DNA from: Pseudomonas aeruginosa
Lineage (GTDB): Bacteria > Pseudomonadota > Gammaproteobacteria > Pseudomonadales > Pseudomonadaceae
DNA: 32,000 nucleotides
Direction: 5' to 3'
Assembly: GCF_001457615.1 (NCBI RefSeq)
Contig: NZ_LN831024.1
Span: 270,001-302,000, forward strand
A model generated the notes under the pieces. That model was given only the letters and a program-made list of their open reading frames with translations. It searched no databases and was not told the DNA's origin. Shown here piece by piece: positions 1 to 11,490 of the stretch (position 1 is the first letter of the stretch; each line of letters opens with the position of its first letter). Position numbers and translations under genes: made by a program.

Positions 1-704
1 TCGGTTTCCAGCGGAAAGTAGATCACCTCGGCGACCCACAGGTCGGCGCGCAACAGTTCCGCCGGCACCGGCATGCCGGGTAGCTTGGCCATGCCCACCG
101 GGGTGGTGTTGACCAATCCCTGGGCGTCGCCCAGGGCGCCGGCCAGGTCGCTGCCGGCGAGCGCTCGTGGCGCGCCGAAGTGCTGGTTGAGGTTGTCCGC
201 GAGGGCCTGGGCCCGCGCCGGGTCGACGTCGAACAGGACCAGCCGCTCGACGCCCTCGGCGAGCAGCGCATGGGCCACTGCCGCGCCGGCGCCGCCCGCG
301 CCCATCTGCACCACGCGCTGGCGCGGCGCGCCGGCCAGGCCGCGCCGAAAGCCCTCGGCGAAGCCCAGGCAGTCGGTGTTGTGGCCGATGCGCCGGCCAT
401 CGCGCAGCACCACGGTGTTCACCGCGCCGATGCCGCGTGCCTCGGCGGAGAGGTCGTCGAGCAGGGGGATGATCGCCTGCTTGCAGGGGAAGGTGACGTT
501 CAGCCCGGTGAAGCCGAGGTCGCTGGCGGCGGCGAGCAGGAACTCCAGGTCGTCCGCCGACTTGCCCAGCGGGTCGAGATCGATCAGCCGGTACAGATAG
601 CGGATGCCCTGGGCGTCGCCCTCGCGCTCGTGCAGGGCAGGGGTCCGCGACGCCTGGATGCCGGCACCGATCAGGCCGGCGAGAACCGATCGCGGCGCGC
701 TCAT
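1..704 (-). CDS. Shikimate/quinate 5-dehydrogenase-like protein (partial, runs off left edge; PA0244-like)
   Basis: Minus-strand frame from ATG at 704: [44 protein letters not shown]..., typical AroE-family N-terminus. The ATG overlaps the aroQ stop by 4 nt (ATGA). Confidence 0.85.
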   Translation of the reverse strand, partial: MSAPRSVLAGLIGAGIQASRTPALHEREGDAQGIRYLYRLIDLDPLGKSADDLEFLLAAASDLGFTGLNVTFPCKQAIIPLLDDLSAEARGIGAVNTVVLRDGRRIGHNTDCLGFAEGFRRGLAGAPRQRVVQMGAGGAGAAVAHALLAEGVERLVLFDVDPARAQALADNLNQHFGAPRALAGSDLAGALGDAQGLVNTTPVGMAKLPGMPVPAELLRADLWVAEVIYFPLET

Positions 705-1147
705 GCGGCCGCCTCGAAACGCTCGGCGAAATGTTCCAGGGCCAGGCGGTAGCCGAGGCTGCCGAATCCGCAGATCACTCCCAGCGCCACCGGCGAGACG
801 TAGGAGTGGTGGCGGAACGCTTCGCGCTGGTGGACGTTGGACAGGTGCACTTCGACCACCGGCAGTTCCACCGCGGCCAGGGCGTCGCGCAGCGCCACCG
901 AGGTGTGGGTCCAGGCGGCGGGGTTGATGACGATGCCGGCGACCCGGCCGCGGGCCTGGTGGATCCAGTCGAGCAGTTGGCCTTCCTGGTTGGTCTGGCG
1001 GAAGTCCACGGCGAAGCCGCGCGTCTCGGCGAAGGCCGCGCATTCGTCGGCGATTTCGCCCAGGGTCCGCCGGCCGTAGGTCTGTGGCTCGCGGGTGCCG
1101 AGCAGATTCAGGTTGGGGCCGTTCAGGACCAGTACCGTGCGCGTCAT
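701..1147 (-). CDS. aroQ: Type II 3-dehydroquinate dehydratase
   Basis: 148 aa; [25 protein letters not shown]... , [33 protein letters not shown]: canonical AroQ motifs. Confidence 0.97.
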   Translation of the reverse strand: MTRTVLVLNGPNLNLLGTREPQTYGRRTLGEIADECAAFAETRGFAVDFRQTNQEGQLLDWIHQARGRVAGIVINPAAWTHTSVALRDALAAVELPVVEVHLSNVHQREAFRHHSYVSPVALGVICGFGSLGYRLALEHFAERFEAAA

Positions 1148-1263
1148 GGCGCAGCCTCCACAGCAATGATGTCATCGATGCCGGAAAAATGTACCGAACG
1201 GTTACTTTTGTAAACCGGACGCCGTCGCCGACGGGACGAAAGCGTTCGATTATCGGCGTCCGC

Positions 1264-2889
1264 TCACTCGCCTGCCGTCGGTTGCGTCGCGCCGCGGCCG
1301 CGCAGGGTCATGTCGGGCAGTGCCGAGGCCACCGCCAGGCCGAGCAGCGCCACCGCCGCGTTGACCAGGAAGAGCACCTTGAAGGCATCCGCGAGGACAT
1401 GCTGGAGGATCACCCGGGCCGGCCCGCTGGCGGCGTCCAGGCTGCTCAGCAGGGCGCTCTCGGAAAAGCCCTGGTCGAGCCCGCCGCCGATCCGCAGGTG
1501 CTTGAGCAGGGCCAGCAGGATCGCCGACATCAGCGCCACCCCGACCGCCCCGCCGAGGGAGCGGAACAACGTCGCGTTGCTGGTGGCGACGCCGATGTGG
1601 CGTTGCTCCACGGCGTTCTGCGCGGCCACCAGGCTGGTCGGGAACTGGGTACCGATGGCGATCCCGGTGAGCAGCATGCACAGCCCGGACAGCCAGTGGT
1701 CGCCGACCGGGACCAGGGCCAGGCCGGCGATGCCGCAGGGCAACAGGACGGCGCCGAGCAGGATCAGCGGCTTGTAGCGTCCCAGGCTGGCGGTCAGCCG
1801 CCCGCAGCAGTACGCGCCCAGCGGCAGGCCCATGACCAGCGGCAGCAGATGCAGCGCGGCGCTGTCGGCGCCGGCGCCGGTAACGCTCTGGTAGCGCAGC
1901 GGTACCAGCACGGTCAGCGAGATGGCCTGGAAGCTGGCGAAGAACGCAACCAGCCAACTGAGGGTGGCGGCGCGGACGGCGAACAGTTGCATCGGCACCA
2001 GCGGTTCGCGGAAGCGCCGCTCCTGGGCGACGAACAGCAGCAGGGCGAGCGCCGCCAGGGCGAACAGGCCGAGCAGCGCAGGGTCGCTCCAGGCTGCGCC
2101 CTGGCCGATCTGGGTGATGGCCAGGAGCAGCGCGGTGAGGCCCACCACCATCAGCACGATGCCCAGGTAGTCGATCATCGGTTGCCGGCGCGGCACCGGC
2201 AGGCCGACCAGGGTTCGCCGCGAGATGGCCAGCGCGAGAAGGCCGATCGGCAGGTTGATCCAGAATACCCAGCGCCACGACAGGTACTCGGTGAGCAGGC
2301 CCCCGAGCACCGGGCCGGCGACGCTGGCGATGGCGTACATGCTGCTGAAGTAACCCTGGTAGCGGCCGCGCTCGCGCGGCGGGACGATGTCGCCGATGAT
2401 CGCCTGGCTCACCGCCATCAGCCCGCCCGCGCCGATCCCCTGCAGCACTCGCGCCAGCACCAGTTGGCCCATGCTCTGCGCGAGCCCGCAAAGCAGCGAG
2501 GCGGCGGTGAACACGACGATGGCGAAGAGCATCAGACGGCGGCGGCCGTAGAGGTCGCCGAGCTTGCCGTAGATCGGCATCGATACGGTCATCGCCACCA
2601 TGTAGGCCGAGATCACCCAGGCCAGCAGGTCGAGGTCGGCGTAGTCGGCCGAGATCGCCGGCAGGGAGACGGCGACGATGGTCTGGTCGAGGGCGCTGAG
2701 GAAGATCGACAGCATCAGGCCGGCGAGGACGGTACGGACGGCGGGCGGGTTCTGGGCGAGATCGGACAAGACGGCACCTGGGGCGGACGGAACGCGAAGG
2801 CAGCGGGCATCATACTGCGCCTGGGGTAGGACAGGTGCCGGGGAGAATCGATCCGTGGGCCGTCTTTCGTCGATATCCGCCTGCGCCAA
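1264..2889 (-). CDS. MFS drug-efflux-type transporter (EmrB/QacA, DHA2-like); true start probably downstream of 2889
   Basis: MLSIFLSALDQTIVAVSLPAI, WVISAYMVAMTVSMPIYGKLGDLYGRR, many TM segments. The first ~60 aa of the ORF are not TM-like, so the start is uncertain. Confidence 0.9.
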   Translation of the reverse strand: MAQADIDERRPTDRFSPAPVLPQAQYDARCLRVPSAPGAVLSDLAQNPPAVRTVLAGLMLSIFLSALDQTIVAVSLPAISADYADLDLLAWVISAYMVAMTVSMPIYGKLGDLYGRRRLMLFAIVVFTAASLLCGLAQSMGQLVLARVLQGIGAGGLMAVSQAIIGDIVPPRERGRYQGYFSSMYAIASVAGPVLGGLLTEYLSWRWVFWINLPIGLLALAISRRTLVGLPVPRRQPMIDYLGIVLMVVGLTALLLAITQIGQGAAWSDPALLGLFALAALALLLFVAQERRFREPLVPMQLFAVRAATLSWLVAFFASFQAISLTVLVPLRYQSVTGAGADSAALHLLPLVMGLPLGAYCCGRLTASLGRYKPLILLGAVLLPCGIAGLALVPVGDHWLSGLCMLLTGIAIGTQFPTSLVAAQNAVEQRHIGVATSNATLFRSLGGAVGVALMSAILLALLKHLRIGGGLDQGFSESALLSSLDAASGPARVILQHVLADAFKVLFLVNAAVALLGLAVASALPDMTLRGRGATQPTAGE

Positions 2890-2943
2890 CGTTGCGTCCC
2901 GCCTTGGGAAAGGTGCCCCGGCGTTGCGCCGGGGTGGCGCGGC

Positions 2944-4224
<1,281 letters not shown>

Positions 4225-4305
4225 CTATAGAAGGCAAATTGCCGATCTATTTCTGGACTTTTATAAAGTCTGTTCGGCAATCGGCCATTTCGCTCGGAGG
4301 GCTCG

Positions 4306-5172
4306 ATGACGGATTCCATCCGCGACGTCCCGGTGTTCAAGCTCTACGGCGCTCCCCTCGAATGGCCGACCCCGGACCTGCTGCACTGCGAGTCGATCCC
4401 CGCCCGCAGTCGTCTGCACGACTGGGAGATCAAGCCGCACCGGCACGCCGATCTCGCTCAGTTGCTCTACGTGCGCAAGGGCTGGGCGCAGCTCCAGGTC
4501 GAGGGCGAGCCGACTCGCGTCGAGCAGCCTTCCATCCAGTTCGTACCGCCGTTGTGCATCCATGGCTTCCAGTTCTCCGAGCGCATCGACGGCTACGTGC
4601 TGACGCTCGCCGCACCGTTGCTGGCGCGCTTGCAGGCGCACCTCGGCGCGCAGCGCCAGGCGCTGGAGGCGCCGGGGTTGTACCCGGTGGGCGCGGACCG
4701 GCGCTATATCGACACGCTGTTCGACGCCATAGACGGTGAGTATGCTGGCGCAGCGCCAGCGCGCGAGCTGTTGTTGCAGTCGCTGATCGGCGTGCTGGCG
4801 GTATGGCTGGGGCGGCAGGTGATGGTCCGGCGGGCGGAGGCACGGCCGGGTCGTGGTCAGGAATACCTATCGGCCTTTTCGCAACTGGTCGAGCGGCATT
4901 TCCGCGAGCACCTGGGAATCGACGAGTACGCGCGTCGCCTGGGCATCTCCCCGGCACACCTGAACAGCGTGGCGCGCCGCCTCAGCGGGCAGACCGCACT
5001 GGGCATCGTGCACCAGCGCCTGCTGCTGGAGGCCAAGCGCGACCTGGTCTACACGGCGATGACGGTGAACGAGATCGCCGACCGCCTCGGCTTCAGCGAG
5101 CCGGCCTACTTCACCCGTTTCTTCAAGCGCCTGAGCGGCGTCTCGCCGAGCGCTTTCCGCAAGGGCGACTAG
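4306..5172 (+). CDS. AraC-family transcriptional regulator (PobR-like), divergent from pobA
   Basis: 288 aa; N-terminal cupin-like sensor and C-terminal AraC HTH (DEYARRLGISPAHLNSVARRLSGQTALG...EIADRLGFSEPAYFTRFFKRLSGVSPSAFRK). Confidence 0.93.
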   Translation: MTDSIRDVPVFKLYGAPLEWPTPDLLHCESIPARSRLHDWEIKPHRHADLAQLLYVRKGWAQLQVEGEPTRVEQPSIQFVPPLCIHGFQFSERIDGYVLTLAAPLLARLQAHLGAQRQALEAPGLYPVGADRRYIDTLFDAIDGEYAGAAPARELLLQSLIGVLAVWLGRQVMVRRAEARPGRGQEYLSAFSQLVERHFREHLGIDEYARRLGISPAHLNSVARRLSGQTALGIVHQRLLLEAKRDLVYTAMTVNEIADRLGFSEPAYFTRFFKRLSGVSPSAFRKGD

Positions 5173-5615
5173 TGTTCGCGGCGCAACTGGACGATCTCCA
5201 GCGCGCGTCCCTCGTCATCACGCGGGCGTCGGCCGCTCTCGACGAAGCCGCAGCGCGCGTAGAACCCCAGCGCCTCGCGGTTGGCGGCGTAGACCTCGAC
5301 TTCCAGCGCGCCCTTCAGGGTTGCCGCGTGCTCCACCAGTTGCCGGCCGATCCCGCGCCCGTGGGCCGTCGGGGCGACGAACAGGCCGCCGATGAAGGCA
5401 TCGAGCAGGCCGATGAAGCCCAGCGGCGTATCGCCGTCCAGCGCCAGCCAGGTTTCCGAGGCATCCAGATAATGATCGCGAACCAGTGCCTTCTGCTTCT
5501 GCAACTCGGCTTCGCCGAGGAAACCGTGGCCGACGCGCGAGGCCTCCAGCCAGATGGCCAGGGTGGCATCGCGGTCGGCGGGAATGTAGCGGCGGATTTT
5601 CAGCGGAGAGGACAT
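5169..5615 (-). CDS. GNAT-family N-acetyltransferase
   Basis: MSSPLKIRRYIPADRDATLAIWLEAS... APTAHGRGIGRQLVEHA... NREALGFYARCGFVESGR; convergent with the AraC gene, with overlapping stops. Confidence 0.92.
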   Translation of the reverse strand: MSSPLKIRRYIPADRDATLAIWLEASRVGHGFLGEAELQKQKALVRDHYLDASETWLALDGDTPLGFIGLLDAFIGGLFVAPTAHGRGIGRQLVEHAATLKGALEVEVYAANREALGFYARCGFVESGRRPRDDEGRALEIVQLRREH

Positions 5616-5692
5616 GGCGGCGGCTCGCAACGGGAACAGCCGCGGATTATCGCGTGAGCCGGCGGGAAAAGGGTAGGTCCGGCATGTACGCT

Positions 5693-6127
5693 TCAGTCGC
5701 CGCGGATGTACTGTTCCAGTTGCTGGATCAGCTCGGCCTGCTCGGCGATCGCCGCCTTGACCAGGTCGCCGATGGACAGCAGGCCGAGCAACTGGCCGTC
5801 TTCCACGACCGGCAGGTGGCGCAGGTGGCGATCGGTCATCAGGTTCATGCAGGTGTCGACGCTCTGCTTCGAGTCCACGCTGACCACCGGCGCGCTCATG
5901 ATCGCGCTGATCGGCGTACCGATGGACGAACGGCCCTTGAGGACCATCTTGCGCGCATAGTCGCGCTCGCTGACCACCCCTACCACCTCGCCATGGTTCA
6001 CCACCAGCAGCGCGCCGATGTTCTTTTCCGCCATCAGGCGCAGGGCGTCGAGCACCATCTCGTCCGCTCCGATGGTGTACACCTGCTGGTTCTGCTTGGC
6101 GTTCAACAGTTGTGCCACGGTTTTCAT
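5693..6127 (-). CDS. CBS-domain pair protein
   Basis: MKTVAQLLNAKQNQQVYTIGADEMVLDALRLMAEKNIGALLVVNHGEVVGVVSERDYARK...SVDTCMNLMTDRHLRHLPVVEDGQLLGLLSIGDLVKA. Confidence 0.93.
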   Translation of the reverse strand: MKTVAQLLNAKQNQQVYTIGADEMVLDALRLMAEKNIGALLVVNHGEVVGVVSERDYARKMVLKGRSSIGTPISAIMSAPVVSVDSKQSVDTCMNLMTDRHLRHLPVVEDGQLLGLLSIGDLVKAAIAEQAELIQQLEQYIRGD

Positions 6128-6281
6128 ACGCGCCCCTCCGGAGCCGTTCTCACGTCCAGCAAGAATCGTAGACGGCGAGCGGATCGGCAAGCGGGGAAAA
6201 CGGCATCGAACCGATTGAAAAACGTCATCATCGCTTTCCCGACGAAGGTAGGGCCCGCGCTATTAGTCTTTCCCTGCGGGG

Positions 6282-6923
6282 CTAGTGCAGCACCCGTGCG
6301 AGCCCTTCCGGCGACTGGCCGGTGACGTAGCAATGGCGGTGCCGGTCGAGGCTGAGCGGGTGGCCGGCGTCGGTCAGCAGCCTGGCGATGCCCTCGAGGT
6401 GTTCCTTGACGTTCACCTGGTATTCCTGCTCGGTCAACGGCACGACCCACAGCAGGTCGACCGGATGCGCCGACAGGGCGAAGCCGTCGAACAGGGAGGC
6501 ATCCTCCTCCAGCGGCGCCGGGAGGAGAAGGAAGTGCCGCAGCAGGCTCTGCTCGTAGAGCGGGAAGCCGAACGCCACCGCATGTCCATGTCCCAGGGCG
6601 AGGCGCTCGTGGAATGGCAGGCCGGCGAGCCATTGCAGGTGGCGCAGGTCATCGCCGCCCAGTTCGTCGAGATAGCAGATCAGCTCGGCGGACCAGCGCG
6701 CCTTGCCCATGTAGGGCGCGAAATGCATCGGTGCCTGGCTCATCCCGGCGGTGATCACCACATGGTGCGGCCGCCGGGTGCTTTCCAGGCGATAAGCGAA
6801 GACCGCCATTTCCGGCGCCGCTACGCAGTGTCTCCAGAAGTCCCGGCAATCCAGGGTCATGGCGGGCGCACAACCGAAATGGGCGTCGTATTTCTCGCGC
6901 AGCCGGGCGATGTAGTCGTTCAT
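6282..6923 (-). CDS. Suppressor-of-fused (SUFU)-domain protein
   Basis: MNDYIARLREKYDAHFG... ELICYLD... LLWVVPLTEQEYQVNVKEHLEGIARLL; resembles bacterial SUFU-domain proteins. Confidence 0.75.
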   Translation of the reverse strand: MNDYIARLREKYDAHFGCAPAMTLDCRDFWRHCVAAPEMAVFAYRLESTRRPHHVVITAGMSQAPMHFAPYMGKARWSAELICYLDELGGDDLRHLQWLAGLPFHERLALGHGHAVAFGFPLYEQSLLRHFLLLPAPLEEDASLFDGFALSAHPVDLLWVVPLTEQEYQVNVKEHLEGIARLLTDAGHPLSLDRHRHCYVTGQSPEGLARVLH

Positions 6924-7187
6924 CTTCGGTCCTCTGGACTTAGCGGGTGGGGCCGGACATGGGGCGCCGGGGGCGCGGCCGTTTCCATGCGAGGGCAGAC
7001 CAGTGATGGCTGATCCTGGTTGCCGTTGGGTGACCAATGGAATGCGAACGGCGACTGCCGAGAAATCGGCTCGTTCCGAGAGAGGCGAGAGGCTTTCCTT
7101 CTTGGTGCGTAGGAAAGCGCTGAGGGCAGCTGAGGGTATCTGTCGGGAACGGAAAAAAGCCCGTCGGGAACGGGCGAAGAGGGAAGC

Positions 7188-7442
7188 TTACCAGGGCAGC
7201 GGGAAGTGGCCTTCCGCGCGCAGGTAGTCAGGATCGGGGGTGAACGGGTCGATCTTCTGCCGCTCGCTGCAACCCTGGCGTTCGCAGTCCCGCAGGCGCT
7301 GCAACGGCGAGCGGTCGTCGCGCTGGATGCGGATGCCTGTGACAGGCGCGCCTTCGGAAAGGCTGTAGCTGCGGCCGCTCTCGCAACCGGGCAGGGTCAG
7401 GCAAAGGCAGAGGAGCAGGGTGGTGTGCGGGTGTCGTGGCAT
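7188..7442 (-). CDS. Small putative lipoprotein (hypothetical)
   Basis: MPRHPHTTLLLCLCLTLPGCESGRSYSL...: signal peptide plus lipobox LPGC; start placed at 7442. Confidence 0.7.
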   Translation of the reverse strand: MPRHPHTTLLLCLCLTLPGCESGRSYSLSEGAPVTGIRIQRDDRSPLQRLRDCERQGCSERQKIDPFTPDPDYLRAEGHFPLPW

Positions 7443-7566
7443 TGCAGGTCGAATGGGCTTGCGAAGGCCGCCCATGCTATCAATCGGCCAGCAAATAGGG
7501 GGCCGGATGGACAGTCCATGACCGGGATGAGAGTTGCTTCGCAAACCCGGAGATGCCCTCGAAAGG

Positions 7567-8031
7567 CTATTGCCTCACGCGGGAAAGCCCGTCGAAGGCC
7601 CGCAGCAACTTGCCCAGGACGAGGGTCAGCGCCTCTTCTTCCGGGCCGGAGCCGAGACCCGCCAGCAGCCTTTCGTCGAGCCCTGCGACCTGTGCCAGGG
7701 CCTGCTCGAACACCGCCTGTGCCGCGGGGCTGCGGCGCACCAGCACGGCGCGACCGTCGTCCGGGTCCGGCAGGCGGCTGACCCAGCCGCGCCGCACCAG
7801 CCGTTCGATGGTCCGGCCCAGCGCGGTGCGGTCGGTCTGCGAGTGCTCGATGAGCACGCTCATCGGCACGTCACCGTCGAAGGCGTGGATGATCCGCAAC
7901 GCACGCCATTCATGCAGCCCCAGTTCGAGAGGGGCAAGCAGGGCGGTGAGTTGCCGTTCGCGCTGGCGGACGATCTCCGTCATCAGGTACAGCGGGCCTT
8001 GGGGCAGCCCCAGTGCGTTCGTCTCGGTCAT
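7567..8031 (-). CDS. MarR-family transcriptional regulator (HudR-like)
   Basis: MTETNALGLPQGPLYLMTEIVRQRERQLTALLAPLELGLHEWRALRIIHAFDG...TDRTALGRTIERLVRRGWVSRLPDPDDGRA: MarR wHTH and wing; divergently adjacent side of a UbiD-family gene on the same strand. Confidence 0.93.
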   Translation of the reverse strand: MTETNALGLPQGPLYLMTEIVRQRERQLTALLAPLELGLHEWRALRIIHAFDGDVPMSVLIEHSQTDRTALGRTIERLVRRGWVSRLPDPDDGRAVLVRRSPAAQAVFEQALAQVAGLDERLLAGLGSGPEEEALTLVLGKLLRAFDGLSRVRQ

Positions 8032-8083
8032 TGGCCCGGTCACCTTCCTCGATCCTCTTTCGCCAGGGCGGGGATTGTAGCGC

Positions 8084-9574
8084 TCAGGCGTCGGCGAATC
8101 CGTAGTCGCTCCAGCGTTCTTCGACTCGCCTGCGCAGCGCCGTCGGATAGGCGTGGCGGAACGACGCCGTAGCGGCACGCATTTGCCCGGCGAACTGTTC
8201 CGGGTACAGGCAGTTGATCACCAGCCGACCGCCGCTGCCTCGTGCCTTGTCCTCGGCATCGAGGTAGGGAACCATCGGGAAGTCACGGATCTGCGGGAAG
8301 GCGAAATGGTCGTGCAGCGGATGCGCGCGGGTCGCCAGCGCCCATACCACCTGGTCGATCTCGGTGACGTCGATGTCGTTGCCGACCAGGATCAGCTTCG
8401 GCACCAGGTGCCCGGCATGCGAGCCGAAGACGGTCTCGGCGACCCGTGCGGCGAAGGCCGCGGCGTCGGTGCCCAGGGCCGCCAGGCGCTGCACGTCGAT
8501 CGACAGCACGGCCCAGCAGGTCGCCGCCTCGTAGGAGCACCAGACCATGTCCACCGGCAGTCCGGCGTTCTGCGCCACGTCCAGCAGTTGCGCGGAAATC
8601 ATGGTGCCCCAGATGGTGTGGTTTTCCTCCGGTGGCGTGCCGGCGACGCAGATCGGCAGGATCGGCTGGTCGCGGAAGCTCAGCGCATGGACGTGGAACA
8701 GCGGCTGCGGCTTGCCGGTGGGGAAGGAATAGCCGTGGTATTCGCCCATCGGGCCTTCCAGCGCGGTTTCGTCGAGGCTGATCTCGCCCTCCAGGACGAT
8801 CTCGGCATTGGCCGGAACCCACAGGCCGTTGGTCTGCGTGCGCACCACCTCCACCGGCTCGCCGACCAGGGCGCCCACGTAGCCGGCTTCGCTGACCCCC
8901 TCCGGCAACGGCATGCCGGCCGCCGCGAGTGCCGCTGGCGGTGCGCCGAGGGCCATCGCCCAGGGCGTTGGCTTGCCCTGGCGGCGCCACTGCTCGCGGA
9001 TGATGCCGATGTGCTGAGTGGGAATGGTCGGACCCGCCAGGGTGTTGCGGTCCACCAGCATCAGCCGGCCCACCGACCAACTGTCCCAACTGCCGTCCGG
9101 CGTCTGTACCACGTGGAAACCGTAGGTGCCGAAATAGCGCCCGCCGTCCTGCTCATGGAGCAAGGGAACCGGGAAGCGGGTCAGGTCCACCTGCTCGCCG
9201 AGCCAGACGTTTTCCTGCACCGGCCCGCGCTCCAGCCGGCGCGGCGCGATCGGTTCCGCGCGCATCGCGGCGCGCAGCATGGCCACGATGTCCCGCGGCC
9301 CGCTGTGTTCCGGCAGGCCGAAATGCAGCGCCAGGCGCGAATGGGCGCGGGCCCTGTCGGCGCGCAGGCCGGCCGGCGCGCCCAGTACCCGCGCGCCGGG
9401 CAGGCTGTCGCGGATGTTGTGGAACAGCGGGGCGGGTGCGCGGCGTTCGTAGACCCGGCGGGTGATGGCGCCGATCTCCAGGTTGGCGTCGACCTCGGTG
9501 TGCACGTCCACCAGGTCACCCTGGCGACGCAGGTGGTCGACGAAGTGGCGGAAATCCAGGGCGCTGCGGTTCAT
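8084..9574 (-). CDS. hudA: UbiD-family decarboxylase (HudA / pyrrole-2-carboxylate decarboxylase-like)
   Basis: 496 aa from ATG 9574: MNRSALDFRHFVDHLRRQGDLVDVHTEVDANLEIGAITRRVYERRAPAPLFHNI..., UbiD-family pattern; adjacent MarR gene matches the PA0253/PA0254 arrangement. Confidence 0.9.
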   Translation of the reverse strand: MNRSALDFRHFVDHLRRQGDLVDVHTEVDANLEIGAITRRVYERRAPAPLFHNIRDSLPGARVLGAPAGLRADRARAHSRLALHFGLPEHSGPRDIVAMLRAAMRAEPIAPRRLERGPVQENVWLGEQVDLTRFPVPLLHEQDGGRYFGTYGFHVVQTPDGSWDSWSVGRLMLVDRNTLAGPTIPTQHIGIIREQWRRQGKPTPWAMALGAPPAALAAAGMPLPEGVSEAGYVGALVGEPVEVVRTQTNGLWVPANAEIVLEGEISLDETALEGPMGEYHGYSFPTGKPQPLFHVHALSFRDQPILPICVAGTPPEENHTIWGTMISAQLLDVAQNAGLPVDMVWCSYEAATCWAVLSIDVQRLAALGTDAAAFAARVAETVFGSHAGHLVPKLILVGNDIDVTEIDQVVWALATRAHPLHDHFAFPQIRDFPMVPYLDAEDKARGSGGRLVINCLYPEQFAGQMRAATASFRHAYPTALRRRVEERWSDYGFADA

Positions 9575-9707
9575 CGGCTCGCCACTCCATATAAGTGCGT
9601 GTGCACGCATCCTATTGAATGGTTCCAGGCGAGGTCAAGAAGTGCTGCGCTCCGTTCCGGGGATTCGTCGGGCCGTCGTGGCACGCGGCAAACCCCGCAG
9701 TGGCCGC

Positions 9708-10409
9708 TCAACGCACCATATAGTCCATCTGCCATGGCCGCGGAATCACCAGTGCCAGCAACGCGAGAAGAGCCGCCAGCGCTGCGCTCGCCGCCATCGC
9801 CGCGAGGCCCAGTTGCTGTTCCAGTAGGGCGCCGAGCACCGCGCCGACGCACATGCCGCTCCAGGGCACCAGTTGCACCCGCCAGCCGTTGCGCCGCTCG
9901 CCCAGCAGCCAGCGGCCGAGGCCGCGGCCGAAGCGGGAGAGGGCGCCGGTGACGTAGGTCAGGCCGATGGGCAGGCCGTTGACCTGCTCGACCACGGCGT
10001 TGAGCATGCCCATGGCGAGGATCGCGGCGACCAGCGCCGGCACGTTCCAGTCGAATGGCCAGACCGCCGACAACGCCAGCAGCATCGCGCAGCAGACCAG
10101 GATCGGCGCCGCCCGGCGCCCGCTGAAGCGCGCCAGTATCACTCCCAGCGCGTTGCCGACGACGAAACTGGCCAGGGCGACGCTCAGCCGCACCAGCCCG
10201 CCGAAGTCGCCCTCGCCCAGCGATACCGCCAGGCGCGTGGTGTTGCCGCTCATGAAGGAAACGAAGTCGCCGGTGGCAAGGAAACCGATGGCGTCGGTCA
10301 TGCCTGCCAGTACCGACAGCCCGGCCACCAGGCCGAGCCCGACACGCCCGCGCGTCCGCCGCAAACGAAGGCGCCGCGCGCTGCTACCCACCATGCTGTC
10401 TGGAAGCAT
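9708..10409 (-). CDS. DUF1275 (YoaK-like) membrane protein
   Basis: 233 aa; SVLAGMTDAIGFLATGDFVSFMSGNTTRLAVSLGEGD... NGLPIGLTYVTGALSRFGRGLG; multiple TM. Confidence 0.9.
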   Translation of the reverse strand: MLPDSMVGSSARRLRLRRTRGRVGLGLVAGLSVLAGMTDAIGFLATGDFVSFMSGNTTRLAVSLGEGDFGGLVRLSVALASFVVGNALGVILARFSGRRAAPILVCCAMLLALSAVWPFDWNVPALVAAILAMGMLNAVVEQVNGLPIGLTYVTGALSRFGRGLGRWLLGERRNGWRVQLVPWSGMCVGAVLGALLEQQLGLAAMAASAALAALLALLALVIPRPWQMDYMVR

Positions 10410-10557
10410 CCGGAGAAACCACCCGCAGGAAGAGAAGGTCCGCCCCAGTGCGGACTCCCGATCTTAAGGCTCTCCCCAGGGAAAAGGCCAGGGGCGAGGC
10501 GGAGCGTCTGGGGCCGAAGATCCTGGGCAATCGGCAATGACAGTGCGGGGCGGGGCC

Positions 10558-11490
10558 TCAGATATCGAATACCGGTACCTGGTTTCCACCCAGTACCTCG
10601 ATCTTGTCGGTCCGGTAGACCACCATCGCCTTGCTGCAGGTCACCGTGGAACGACCCTCTTTGCTGGCATTGAGATACACCGTGCCCTTGCCGGCGTAGA
10701 CCGCTCTCGCGTTGGCGGCGATGCGCAGCTCGAGGGCCGCCGCTTCTCCGTCCTCGTCCCCGGCGAAGTCGCACCCGTAGAGGGCGATGGCCAGTTCCTT
10801 GCCGAACAGTTCGAGAAGGGTCGCACCAAAGGCCTGGGGCTCGACGAACTGCTTGCCCTGGACACGCCGGGCCATGACGTCCGCGGTGCTCTCGCCGTGG
10901 GGGTTGCCCAGCCAGAGTTGGCCAGCCGTGCCGTGGGTGGCGATGAGGATCGTATCGATGAAGTACTGTTCGCCGCTCTCCGCGGCAACCTTGCCTAGAT
11001 CCCGAACCAACTGGGCGTAGTTGGTATCTGCCTTGATCGCGAAGGCCGGCTTGTAGAGCTTGTTCCGCGCATAGGCGACGACCGCCTCCGCGAAGGCGCT
11101 GCCGGAGTCGCCTCTCCGGATCTCCTGCTGGAAGTCGTGGTAGATGACCAGGACCGCCCCTTTCCTGACCGGGCCGCTGAGCCCTCCCTTGACGATGTCG
11201 AGGGCGAAACGGAAATTGGCGCTGAGCACCTGGGACGCATGGGTAGGAAAGGTATCCGTATCGGTCAGCAGTTCTACTTCGGTACCGACCAGCACCTCCT
11301 TTCGTTCGTCGCCCTCCGCCCAGGGCGTGTCGTCCACATCCGTTCCGTAGATCCTTGCGTCCAGGTCGACCTCGACGAGCGTACTCACTGTGAAGGGCAC
11401 CAGAAGCTCTTCCGGGCCGAGTCGATTCTTGACCACGGCGCCCTTGCCTTGCTTGGCGATTTTCGTGACTACGCCATGCCATGAGCGCAT
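10558..11490 (-). CDS. Hypothetical protein with DUF4347-like / caspase-fold-like C-terminal domain
   Basis: 310 aa from ATG 11490 (AGGAG ~8 nt upstream). Contains FIDTILIATHGTAGQLWLGN ... LAIALYGCDFAGDEDGEAAALELRIAANARAVYA, matching the HG...G.L.LG ... YGCD.A....G pattern of DUF4347-type domains. Confidence 0.75.
   Translation of the reverse strand: MRSWHGVVTKIAKQGKGAVVKNRLGPEELLVPFTVSTLVEVDLDARIYGTDVDDTPWAEGDERKEVLVGTEVELLTDTDTFPTHASQVLSANFRFALDIVKGGLSGPVRKGAVLVIYHDFQQEIRRGDSGSAFAEAVVAYARNKLYKPAFAIKADTNYAQLVRDLGKVAAESGEQYFIDTILIATHGTAGQLWLGNPHGESTADVMARRVQGKQFVEPQAFGATLLELFGKELAIALYGCDFAGDEDGEAAALELRIAANARAVYAGKGTVYLNASKEGRSTVTCSKAMVVYRTDKIEVLGGNQVPVFDI

Noticed and set aside
1084-2829. 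581-aa plus-strand ORF and 1250-2491 minus-strand ORF over the MFS gene
   Set aside because: Gln/Arg/His- and Ala/Arg/Pro-rich shadow ORFs; the MFS frame has clear TM and family motifs.
8153-9952. 599-aa plus-strand ORF antisense to hudA
   Set aside because: Shadow ORF of the UbiD-family gene.
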